Source: Epithemia pelagica
Taxonomy: Eukaryota > Protista > Bacillariophyta
NCBI GenBank assembly: GCA_946965045.2
Contig: OX337232.1
Span: 3,410,001-3,474,000 of the forward strand
Direction of reading: 5' to 3'
Length of the DNA: 64,000 bases
Shown: piece after piece, positions 11,428 to 22,937 of the stretch
Layout: each line of letters begins with the position of its first letter
Numbering within the stretch: position 1 is the first letter of the stretch
Program-made: the position numbers and the translations under genes
The notes under the pieces: model-generated
The model's database searches: none
The model's input: only the letters and a program-made list of their open reading frames with translations
Told to the model about the DNA's origin: nothing

Positions 11428-14400
11428 TTAGCAGCTGCTGGTCATGGGTGCATCTTCATCCCAAAAATCTTCCGTTTCAGCCACGGTATCAATGGTGCGT
11501 GGCAATCCTCCCAGTGCCGAGCCTCGTGTGACAACCACGTCGCCCTGGTTTGCCGCAGCAGCATGATTGTTGCTGTTGTGGACCAGCATGGCCTGCATCA
11601 TTTCCTCCACGACTTCCTTGCCCCGATCTTGCCATTCTTGACGATTTTTCAAGGCATAATTCAAGCATTCGTCACTGGAAACGCCAAAGACACCACACTT
11701 TTTCAACTTTTTGGCCAAGGGAATAATGTAAAAGTCAAAAAAGCCAATTTCGCCTTGATACCAATTCAAGGATGGATCGGTCTCGGCTCGTCCTTCTTGA
11801 AAGGCACGGTAACATTCGTGAAAAAAGTTTTCATTCCACTTGCGATAAATATGCCTACGTAGTAGAACCAGAAAAAGAAGAAACCAAAAACAAAAGAGGG
11901 TACGTCAGTCTACAACATCCTCCTACCAACGACAACACTGGACGAAACAGCACCAACCAACACGTACCAATGCTGCATGGTATGGGCCACGTCCGAGGCC
12001 TGAATCAAGTGCTCAATGACAATGGTGGCCTTGCGATTGACGGTCGCCAAGGGATCTTCTTCGCGATATTGATCGGCAAAGGCACTGTCCCAACGAGCAT
12101 TGCGAAGCACCTTGAGCTCCTTATCGGCAATATCCGTAGCCAAAACAGCCTGTGATGCAACAATAAAAGAGAGGAAAGAGAATGAAAACTTGTGTGTGAG
12201 AAAACCGATGGAACAAAAGAAAAAATCCACACACCAAGTTTGTTGGTCTTCGTACCTGGACCACGAGTTGACGGAACCGAGCAAACTCGTCTTTGGTCGA
12301 ATAGATGCAGGCCCGCAAGTCCTTATATTGATCGCTTTGCAACAATTTCCAAGAGAGATCAATCGAGTTTTGTTCGGCCACACTCTTTCCGCGATAGGCC
12401 GACGCTAAATTGGTATTTTCTTCAATCAAGACCGTGTTGGGAACTCCGGTATGGTCCACGTCATGAATCAAGGCTGCAAAGACCAAGGAGAACTGGGTCA
12501 AGGGATCGGATGTGATACCATAGGTATGATCATGAAGCGTCGATTCAATGGTGGTATTATGCTCGTCAGGTTGCTCATCGTGTGGAGTTCCCTGTTGCTC
12601 TGCCTTCTTGTTGTTTTGAACATACTCCAGGTCCGATGGCATGACGATTCGGGATAAAAGCTTGGTGACCGACATGGTGACATGACAGGCATGCTCGAAA
12701 CTGTGAAAACTGTTGTTCCGATATAGGTTGGCAATGGCCGAAATAAAGGCACGAAGCTGGAGGATGACGGCGTCGTCCAGTTCAATCATGAGGGGATCGT
12801 CTTGGTTTCGTGCCGCATCGGCATCAAACTCGGGCAACCAAATGATTTCTTGTACCTCGTCCAAACAAATCTTGCCCGGTTGAGGGTTCCATTCCAGATT
12901 GTTGTTGTTGTCGGGTTTGAGATCCATGGACAAAGTCGAGCGAGATTGTTTTCCTACGTTGCGCCGTGCCACAATTTGCTTCAAGAAACGAGACAAGACG
13001 TCGACCTGCCAATCAATCAAACGCGTCGTCTTGCTATCGGTGGTATTCACGGCTGGAACGGTATCCGATCCCGAGTTGTCCGCAGTGGATACCGGTACGG
13101 ATCCATCATCCTTAATGTCGAGCCAATACGTTTTCAGTTCGCCCTTGCCCTTGGCGGTAATGACATCCTCGCGTGGCTTGGCCCAGTGTCCTTTGCCGGC
13201 CGCCATTAACAAGTCTGCCGTCTCCTTGGACATGTGAATTCGGTTGCGCCGTCCGGTACTTTCAATACGAGCCTGACAGTCATGTATAGAGAGAGAATTG
13301 GTGAGCATCATACACTGTCTCTGTCTGGAAAGGGTAATTTCTTACATGAGATCGTACTTACGGTTGTGTTGATGGTGTCTCCAAAGAGTTGGAAGCGGGC
13401 GCGTTCTCCCCGGAGCACTCCTGCCGTAACTGTATGAAATCGACAACAACAGAACACAAAGCGAGGTTCAGACATACGTGACGATCAAACACTGTCAATG
13501 GGGAGTGGCAAAATGCTATACATACCGCTACCACTGTGAAGTCCAATTCGCACACCCAAGTCACCCGTGTCGGGACCCAGAGTCATTTCCAAACGCTTGA
13601 CCACCTCTTGAGTCGTCAACAAGGCGTCCATGGCAAAACGAGCCATGACAACCGCATGGTCTTTGCGCTTCTCGGGAAGCCCAGCAACAGCCACATAGCA
13701 ATCGCCAACCGTCTCGACCTTGAAAATGCGCCGCTTTTGTGCGAGACGGTCCAGAGCGGAAAAGACATTTTCCAACAAGGTAAAGACTTGAGTGGGCTCG
13801 CGCATAGAAGACCAAGCAGTAAAGTCGGTAATGTCGGCAAACATGATGGTGGTTTCCAAAAACAAATCGGCAATCGGTGTATGAGATCCTCCTTCGTCGT
13901 CCATATTGCCACCGTCCAAAAAGTTTTGGAGTTTGCCCATGTGCGACGTCATCTGTTGCTTCTTTTTGTTGTTGGCTGGCTGATCCAAGAGACGGTCTCG
14001 AATATTGCTAGGAAAAAGCGAAGACACCAGGGCGTTTGATTTCGCAGCATTGGCGACCACCTTTGTATTTCGCTTCCGTTGAAACATATCGTAAGCCAGA
14101 AAGGCGGCAACCATGGAAAGAAAGACTGCTCCGACAACCACCGTCAAATAGATGGGACTTGACGTGTGGTAGTCATCTTCAAAGACAGAGGAGGGGTAAA
14201 TGTTGATCGTATAGATGCATGCCCCCTCGGCCCTGGCCGCATCCACGTTGGTATAAGTGTTGAAGAAGCCCGACAGCTTGTACGAGTCGTACGAGTCATC
14301 ATGAAGATCGCCAAGGCCTACGAATCGAGCAGTTTTCCCTTCAATCTCCCATGTAGCAGTGTCGTTACACGTGTTCTCCAGAACGAGAGAAATTCCACGG

Positions 14401-15446
14401 ACTCCGTCGGGAAGAATATCGGAGAAGTAAACGTTCCAGCGTAAAAGAATGAGGAGTTGTCCCACAAACTTCCTTGACTCTTTATCAAAAGAATCGTACA
14501 AAGGCTGGTAGTAAAATGCTTGTGGTTCGTCGCTTCCAGAAGGGAAAATCCCGTCCACAAAAGATCCGGTCAACACGTCTCCGACAACTCCCTCCTCTAG
14601 CAACAACGTGAGGTCGTACCCAGATGTCATAATGTCGAACGGAAAGGCATCAAGGTTCAAAAGAGGTGTGACAGGCAGAGGGTCGGTGAGCCAGACGGGA
14701 AGAAACGGACCAGGTGTTTCTTGATCGTAAACTTGGGGCCGACTATTATTGAAATACCAAATATCGGGAACGAACTGTGGTCCAGTGTACCAGTCCGAAT
14801 TCGTAAGGACGTGTTTCGTCCAGTTGCTTCGTTCCTGTTGCTGAATCAAAGGAAACAAGAGAAATCCAATCGAACTAGTCTGGCGACGAAGGTTCTGAGC
14901 GTGAACTTGAAAATCAGGGATGACCACATAAGGCCATTGATTTCCTCCGTGCCTCATGGTTGTCGTCACCTGATCCGCAAAGTCTTGGCAACTGCTGCGA
15001 ATAGTTGAGGCACTGAATGTTGATGATTCCAACAGTGTCGTGGCGAATTGCTTGAACTGTGAAATGGTCAAAGTTTCGAGGTTCGCAAGATGTCAGATGG
15101 ATCTATACAGAATGTTTAAAGGAAGCAAGGGAGTCAACCAACGTACCGCATTCTCGAAATCATCATCTTCTTCATTGGAAAGGAAGATGTAGGTTGCCGT
15201 TGTCACGGCTCCTCCAACAATCAACATGGCAATAATGACCACCCACCGCCAATTGCGAACCACTTTGGTCTCCTCGCGGATAATCTTTTTAATTTCCTCA
15301 ATCTCATCCCGCGAATCATCCGATTGACTTTGTCGATTCGTGTCGTCGTCATTGCCGTCCTCAAAGTCATCATCCTTGGTATCCTGATGCTCCTCGAGAG
15401 GAGCTTCTTGGCTCTCTACGAGTAGAGCTCTCTTCGATGACACCAT
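11428..15446 (-). CDS. Receptor-type class III nucleotidyl (probably guanylyl) cyclase-phosphodiesterase fusion, copy A. Exons 15446-15147, 15056-13526, 13429-13362, 13272-12256, 12149-11968, 11854-11428
   Basis: Acidic N-terminus, TM1 (WRWVVIIAMLIVGG), extracellular domain, TM2, cyclase (TIMFADITDF, KVETVGD, RFQLFGDTINT), class I PDE (FHSFEHACH, HDVDH, ASD, QGEIGFF). Five GT-AG introns join in frame. Confidence 0.9.
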
Positions 15447-16161
15447 TGCCTCGTTCTTCAGTTGGGGTATTATGTGTCTCGGTTGATGGGGAGAAGAGCT
15501 TTTGCTGTCTGGAAGAAAGTGAGAGGACAGAGAATTACGATTCTATGCAAAAGCGAGGAATTCTAAATAGTGTATATTGTCTGTACAATAGTGTATCTGA
15601 TTTCTGGGTGGGTGCGTTCATTGCTATGCGCAACCACCAAGCAGCAATTCGCGACCAGCGAAGTTCGAACGAAGGTTCCCCCGCAGATATTTATTGGGTA
15701 TGTCTCTGAATGCCACTGCCTACTGAATCCTGACTACTGACTACGAATACGAAGACTCGTATTCCACCCAGATGGTTTTCTGTAAATCATGACCGGAGAG
15801 GAAGTACGAATACGCGTGGCGCTCACCAACAAGTGTCTTTGACGGAGTTATTTCTGTGGTTTCTGGTTTCATTCTCTACTCGTAGAGACTACGAGTATTC
15901 GTAGTACTCTTAGAATCTTAGAAGTTTGTATCTAGTAGGGGATCTCTGATCTCCTATCGACCTGAAAGCTGAAAGTCACGAGCTATAAGAGTCGGTGTAA
16001 TAGAAAGTAGATCTTAGTGTTGTAATAGTCGTGAAGCTTTGTTCTTTGTTGGGTGTTCTCGATGCCTGATAACTCATTAGGCGTTGTGCCATGAGGCAAT
16101 AATCAGTTTTGTTGGTGATAGCTCTTGGGCCTTCGGACGAGGTGCAAAATGCCCGTCGTCA

Positions 16162-16268
16162 CAAGAAGCGCGACCGATATTGAGCAAAGCGAGTAGCTAA
16201 CCCCATGAGGGGCAAACGGTCTAGGTCTCACTTGTAGAATTTTCCTCTTTGAACGATGGCGTAATTTG
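16162..16268 (+). repeat. 5' LTR of element 2 (107 bp, CAAG...TTTG)
   Basis: Direct repeat of 20263-20375, differing by a 6 bp indel and about one substitution. Confidence 0.85.
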
Positions 16269-16687
16269 GTTTATCAGACCCATCACGACTCTTTTATGAG
16301 CTTTACCTCAACCATGGCCTGGGAAGGTCGCGAAATATCTGGATCATTCGCTCCGAGAATGACCGCCCAAGGTTGGATACCTGTTCTCCCTTCCTCTACT
16401 ACATATCTCACCTGCAACGGGGTTAGAGATAGAGGATGTGATATGCGGTCAGCTTTTGCGCGCATATCGGGCAATGACGGACGCGTCACACATCTTGCCG
16501 TTGAAAGATGACAGCCATACGGACACTTTCGTTGCTCAAATGCTTAATGAAGTGCGCCGTCCTGGCACCATGCGAGCTCTCGACTCCAATTCTACTTTTC
16601 CTCGCTCGCAAATGAAAGCGAGATTATCAGGTGAAGTATCTGCACACTTTCACCGGAAAGCCCAACTTCACCCGAATAAGAACTACC

Positions 16688-18133
16688 ATGGCAGCGATTC
16701 CTCCAGCAAGCCCTCTGGACATCTTGAATGCCTACATGCATGTAGTGCTCCAAATCACCGATCAGGCAGCTCGTGATGCCTTGAATGCTCAGGGACTACG
16801 AGCAATTGGTGACTTCGAAGCTCTGAGCGAAGATGATATCGCTGAAATTTGCTCAAATGCCAGGAAACCTGGTGGTATGATTCCCAATCCTAATCCTCTT
16901 GGACCACCGTTGATTGCTAATCCTGGTATCATGATTGGCCATCTGGCTGAGAAACGCCTCAAGATGTTTCGCTACTTTGTTATCCATTTGAACAAGGTGA
17001 ATCGGACCTTTGTCGGTACTGTTCCCAACTTGGCCGATCTACAAACACTCTATCAATTCAAAGAGAGTGAGACGGAACATGACAACGAAGTTCCCATGCC
17101 GGAGAAACTCACATCGATTGAGAATATCCGTGTTGTTTTGGAGGACCTTGATCATTATCTTGAGTCCAAGCGAGGTGTCACTGGCATTCCTTTGGCTGCG
17201 TACACTCGTATCGATCCCAACGTTGCACCTGAAAATGAAGATCCGAATTTCGGTGCTCCAACTATCCTGGCAGAGATGATCAGGCGGGCACCACATACAG
17301 GCCCTACCTATGCTGCCGACAATCTTGCCGTGTGGGATGTTGTCAGACACATCACACATGATGGACCAGGATGGGGCTGGGTGCAACCATTTGCACGCGC
17401 ACGCAATGGACGTGCTGCCTATCAAGCCCTGCGTACCCATTATCTTGGAGACGCTTTCCAATCTCGTCTCCGTGCCAAAGCAGAGCAAACACTCGAAAGT
17501 GTGTATTACGACGGAGCAAAGCGCAATTTTACCTATGAACGATTCATAGAATCTCTGCAACGGGCATTTACTGACCTTGCGTCAACAGGCAAAACTGTGA
17601 GTGAAGAGAGAAAAGTGCGCATTCTCCTCACAGGCATTGCAGATGCACGACTCGAGAGCGCAAAGAATCAAATTCTTGCAACCCCTACTCTCAAGGCAAC
17701 ATTGGAAACCGCATCGAACTTCCTTGCAGAAGTGTTAGACAGCAAGGTCTCCTATAGCGCCTCCAATAGGAAGCAAGCCAGAATCTCCTCGATCCAATCC
17801 CAAAACAAAGGAAAGGGAAGGAACAATAATGGCCGTAACAATAAGAAGAATGAAGATAAGGAAAAGGAGGAATTAACGGACCGCTACTATACTCCAAAGG
17901 AATGGTCAAAGTTGAGTGGGCCAGAACGCCAACGCGTTCGTGATGTGCGTGAAGAACGCGATAAAAGGAGAGGAGTGGCATCCGTCACGAGTCAATCCCG
18001 AAAGAAGGCAAAGAAGGATGCACAGAATAATGACACTCCCGATGTCTCCGAAGAGTCCTCTGACGAATCTAGCAGAGGCATTGGCGCAATCATGAGCCAG
18101 CGCAAGAAGAAACGAAACTCTGAAAATTTGTGA
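16688..18133 (+). CDS. gag: Gag protein of element 2
   Basis: RGVTGIPLAAYTR and YYTPKEWSKLS motifs; ends TGA-CTA, in frame with pol. Confidence 0.85.
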   Translation: MAAIPPASPLDILNAYMHVVLQITDQAARDALNAQGLRAIGDFEALSEDDIAEICSNARKPGGMIPNPNPLGPPLIANPGIMIGHLAEKRLKMFRYFVIHLNKVNRTFVGTVPNLADLQTLYQFKESETEHDNEVPMPEKLTSIENIRVVLEDLDHYLESKRGVTGIPLAAYTRIDPNVAPENEDPNFGAPTILAEMIRRAPHTGPTYAADNLAVWDVVRHITHDGPGWGWVQPFARARNGRAAYQALRTHYLGDAFQSRLRAKAEQTLESVYYDGAKRNFTYERFIESLQRAFTDLASTGKTVSEERKVRILLTGIADARLESAKNQILATPTLKATLETASNFLAEVLDSKVSYSASNRKQARISSIQSQNKGKGRNNNGRNNKKNEDKEKEELTDRYYTPKEWSKLSGPERQRVRDVREERDKRRGVASVTSQSRKKAKKDAQNNDTPDVSEESSDESSRGIGAIMSQRKKKRNSENL

Positions 18134-20114
18134 CTATCGCTCCAGTCGATGTCAATGACCAAGCCCAACGAAATTACAGTACCAACCTTCATGTGCGAGT
18201 TAGACTCGCATGCCGACACATGCTGTCTTGGCCGAGGCTGTCACGTTCTGTATCAGACTGACACTGCCGATGTCAGTGGTTTCACGGAAACACTGGGAAA
18301 ATTGAATGAGACCCCTGTCATCACGGGTGTCCTTGCCTATGATGACCCTGAGAGCGGAGCAACCTTCTTGCTCTACTTCCACCAAGCGCTGTACCTCCCT
18401 CAAATGGATCGTTGTCTTTTAAATCCCAATCAGATGAGAGAGGCCGGTGTTCTGGTTAATGACGTCCCTTTGAAGTTTCTACCATCGACAGAACAAAATG
18501 AGAGGGCTCATGCGATCGTAGCTAAAGACTCTGAGGAAAAGGAACTTGTTATCCCAATGGACTTGCGTGGGATCATCAGTCAGTTCAAAGTAAGAAAGCC
18601 GACCGCACACGAGATCGAGAATATGGACTCGTGCTATCGGATCGATATGACCAACGCAACACCCGAATGGCGACCGAATGACTCAGCAGCAGAATATGAT
18701 GCTGATGAAAGAAAGCTTCGGGATGCGATTGTTCACGACACTATTGTAAAGAAACCTTCAAGGGATCTGCAAGTTGACTCTCTTTATTCTGTGAGAAGAA
18801 TCAATGGACGCACCATCACCGTTGCCAAGACCACGCATACTCGAAAGGGGACAGTGCAGCCACAAGATTTAGCCACACGATGGAATATTGGACTCAAGAC
18901 AGCGGAGCGCACCTTTGAAGAAACAACGCAGCTTGGAGTGCGTGACTTCAATGAGCATGGTGGCTCTAAGCGTCTGGGACACACTGCCTACCAACTTCGG
19001 CACCGCCGTTTGCAGGCGGACGTATATACTGATACCTTATTTGCCGAAACAAAATCATTGGACCAACATACATGCGGTCAAATCTTTGCTACTGACTTTG
19101 GATGGGTGCATTTCGTCCCAATGCGCAAGCGAAGTGAAGCACCATCCACTCTGCCTCCTCTCTTTGACGAATATGGCATATTTAACCATATTGTCCCCGA
19201 CAACGCCCCAGAGCTCACCTCTTTGGAGTTCAAGCGCGTTGCATCGAAGTATGGGTGTCGTCTCAAGCCAGTGGAAGCTTGGACCCCCAATCAAAACCTC
19301 GCCGAGGCTAATATACGCAGAAATGGACGTGAGTCCGTATTGTGACGACAAACTCCTGTCCTTTTATCAACAACAACTTGGAGTCCTTCGCTGGTTGGTT
19401 GAATTGGGACGCATCGACATCACAACAGAAGTTTCGATGCTTGCTGCCTTTCTAGCAGGACCAAGAGAAGGACACGTGGAGGCCATGCTGCACCTCTTCG
19501 CGTACCTAAAATTTCACGATCGTTCTCGATTGGTATTGGACCCGTCGTACATTGAGCACGGGGACGAACCCATGGGGGATTGGACAGCATTCTACCCCAA
19601 TGCGAAGGAAGAAGTTCCGTTAGACGCACCAGAACCATTGGGTAACCCCCTACAAATGACTTGCTTCGTTGACTCCGACCACGCCGGCGACTTGTTAACA
19701 CGGCGATCCAGAACTGGAGTTCTCATCTACTTAAATCGGTCACCCATATTGTGGTACAGCAAGAAGCAGACCAGTGTGGAGACTTCTACTTTTGGTTCTG
19801 AGTTCATGGCCCTCAAAGTGGGCATCGAAATGTTACGAGGTCTACGTTATAAACTACGAATGATGGGAATACCACTCGATGGACACGCGCATGTCCGATG
19901 TGATAACATGTCAGTGGTTTCCAATAGCTCGAAGCCAGAATCAACATTGAAGAAGAGGTCGAATGCCGTTGCATACCATTACGTTTGAGAAAATGTGGCA
20001 AATGGAGTGTGTCGTATTGCCTATGAGCCATCCACAACTAATTTGGCTGATCTCTTGACGAAGGTCCAAACAGGACCGGAACGAACAAGACTTGCTGGAA
20101 TGATCTTGTTTTGA
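18134..20114 (+). pseudogene. pol: Disrupted pol of element 2 (PR, N-terminal half of IN, deletion, RT C-terminus, RNase H with a nonsense codon)
   Basis: LDSHADTCC protease; integrase breaks at EANIR (~19320) and resumes in another frame at EMDVSP; RNase H FVDSDHAGD...; TGA at 19986-19988 where the frame continues ENVANG...NLADLLTK. Confidence 0.88.
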
Positions 20115-20262
20115 GTACGTTTCCCGCCGCCTGGAAAGGGTCAGGGTACGTCCTGCACTCATATGAGTCTCTAAAAGCAGGTTTATGTTGCACGAAGAAA
20201 TGAATGATTGAGGATGCACAATTCACTCGAAGACAATAGCGAACGAGAAATTGTGAGGGGAC

Positions 20263-20375
20263 CAAGAAGCGCGACCGATATTGAGCGAATTTTAAGCGAG
20301 TAGCTAACCCCATGAGGGGCAAACGGTCTAGGTCTCACTTGTAGAATTTTCCTCTTTGAACGATGGCGTAATTTG
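20263..20375 (+). repeat. 3' LTR of element 2 (113 bp)
   Basis: Direct repeat of 16162-16268, preceded by a polypurine tract. Confidence 0.85.
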
Positions 20376-22179
20376 GTCATTTAGCGTCAACGGCTACCAG
20401 TGAGCACTACCGGCTACCGGTACATTCTTTACTCGTACTGATTGCTCCCTTTCAAGTTCTAAATCGGAATTGGACGTGGATTGTGGATACTCGTAGAGGA
20501 TAGACGATACAAGCTGAGTTCAGAGTTTACATCAACGACGTAGGCCCCTGTAGAATTTGTACCAGAGGAGTAATCCTCGATAGCGTTTCGCGTTTCTAAT
20601 GTCCGACACGCGACGTCCTAGTGGTTGCAAGAAATATTTTATTACCTTTAGTGTTATGTGTGATTTCTTCCGAACGCTAGATTTTCATCAAAAATTACGA
20701 AAAAACAGTCGACTGTGTTGACCATGGTGGAGGGCCACCCCATCCGTTCGAGATGTTGCCGAGCTGCATCCAGGTGCCTTAGGGTGTTATTCGACCACCA
20801 CCAATGGGGCAACAGCTCAAACCGAGAAATGGTCGCGGTAGTGGGCGGAATTTGGGCGATCTAGCTATCTGTCGGCGAGCCGTAGCCCCTAGCCAGTCGC
20901 TTCTGTTGTTGGTAGATAAAGTAGACACTTCTTTGTTTTGGACGATATTTCATCCAGCAACGAGGTCGTTTCTTGGTTTATCAGACCCAAGACTCTGAGC
21001 TGAGACGAAAAGGAAGATGAGCTATGATTGCACAATGGCCTGGGAAGGTAGTGAAAATATCTGGATCGGACTAAGAAGGTCCATATGATCCGCCCATGGT
21101 CAACTACGAATGTTGTACCACTAGTCTCGTTGAATATCTGACTTGCAACGGAGCCAGACCGGACTAGTGGAGGGGTGTGGTCTGCTATGCGCACACCCTG
21201 GGCAATGACGGACGCGTCGATCCTTGCCGTTGAAAGGAGAAGCCTGCCATGCGGACCAGCGATAATAAAATATCACTTATGTGACGCGGAACGATAATGC
21301 AGCTGTGCATGCTCAATCGCTGAATGAATGGAACACCGGAAAGTCACGATGAATGAGACGATGGTTTGGTTCCGTAAGCGAGAAGAAGTCACAAAAGGAA
21401 GTTTGGTGCTGACAAAGGAAGACGCACCCATATGAGAAGTGATAAAGAAAGCTTGGCGCTGACAAAGGAAGTCGCACACTATGAAAGTGCAGTGAAGCGC
21501 AATGGAGGCACCAATGATGAGGTGCAAAGTTGGACGGTAAGAAAATGCCTGTCGAAGACAGGGGACAGGGGACTCTATGTCTCCTTTTATGAATGAACCC
21601 CTTTTGTGGGTTGAGCATGGATGATTTACTACATGATTGGTTGTGCGCTTCAAGCAGAGAGCGCATTGTTCTTGAAATGAAGTTTCAAAATACTACGATT
21701 GATTGTTGAATCATGAGATCATGCAGTGTTCTGGGCTGTTGTTGCCTATGATGACAATCCTGTGAGATTTGGTTGCTCTGTGTTTGGATTGGTGATATGT
21801 ATTATACACCGCCAAAGAGATGGACAGGCAAGGAGTATTGAAGTCAAGCCTCTGCTTGTCTGGCAGTTGGCATGAGTACTATTAGATCATGAGTTGATCT
21901 GTTATTTTGTGGTGTCGATTTCACCGTTTTTGTGTGTCCGTGGCTGAGGACAACTACCATCAAGGAAACGATGGTGATGTGATTTTCATATTTTATGAAA
22001 GTTATTTGGATGAACCCTTGTGGTTAATTGAGGAGCAGGGTGAACTAAGAGTGTAACCCTTTCGTTGGCTCTGTTTTTGTCTTGATTAATAATGATGGCT
22101 ATGATGTGTCGGTGACTTGAGTCCGGATGCCATTATCCTTTATTTTGTCCATTGGTTGGTCCGGCTGTCAATGAGTGTG

Positions 22180-22937
22180 TGATAAACTTCTCTCGATTCA
22201 ACAGGGGTTAGACAGATAGGTAGGATAGGTAAAAGGCTCGCTGAGCCGACAATCAAATCACCAACCGATACAACAATCCTCCACGGGTCAGAGAAGAGTT
22301 GCAAGTCGAAGTCCGCCGTGGGTGGGGGCAGTCGGTCCACTGATAAGAGATTAGTCTTAAGATGAGTGTTAAAATGGTGATATTAATGATTGTGAGACGA
22401 TTACTAACTAAGGTGGTTGATGGTGCCGAAGTCCTGGCTCTTGTATACGGCCATGGATCTGGTGTGATAGGTCCTCACTGGTTGGAGTAGACCGGCATTG
22501 GTGTATATTGAATGTATAGGGTGATGGATAACATGTATGGGATGCAACAGCTCTTGCTTTGTCGTGGTATAAGTCTTGTCCTGGACGCGTTGCTGTTTGC
22601 ATTCTTGGATTTGTGGGAACAGAGATATGGTCTCGCGTGATCGTGATTCGTGCTTTGATTACATAGACCGTTAGGTCGAATCGTGGATGCGCGTACTCGG
22701 ATAGTAGAGGCGCGCACTTGATAGTTTTGGGCGCGCACGTGTTGGGCCACAGTTAATATCCGAGCGGTCGCCGATAACGCGTGCAATGCGAGCATGCCGT
22801 GGCCAAATTTATAGTTTCGCAAGCATGCCGACATTCTTTTCTCACTTTTAGGAAAATGTCATCGGATGCCATAAAATACTAGCATCATTCGATGAGTTGT
22901 AGGTTTCGCCACCTAGTTTTCAGTGAGAATCCTAACA
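22180..22937 (-). repeat. 3' LTR of element 3
   Basis: Direct repeat of 29600-30357. Confidence 0.95.

Larger units (their letters stand above)
16162..20375 (+). mobile_element. Ty1/copia LTR retrotransposon, element 2; internally deleted, short non-canonical LTRs, 4 bp TSD GTCA
   Basis: LTRs 16162-16268 and 20263-20375; GTCA at 16158-16161 and 20376-20379; PBS-like GTTTATCAGACCCA after the 5' LTR; purine tract GAGGGGAC before the 3' LTR; gag, PR, partial IN, RT end and RNase H. Confidence 0.88.

Noticed and set aside
16269-16282. Possible tRNA gene fragments at the PBS sites
   Set aside because: Only anticodon-arm-length complements are present, with no cloverleaf; reported as PBS instead.
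20510-20826. LTR termini (CAAG/CGAG...CTTG) resemble the DNA transposon termini (CAAG...CTTG)
   Set aside because: A 4 bp similarity between different enzyme systems with different TSDs; probably coincidence.
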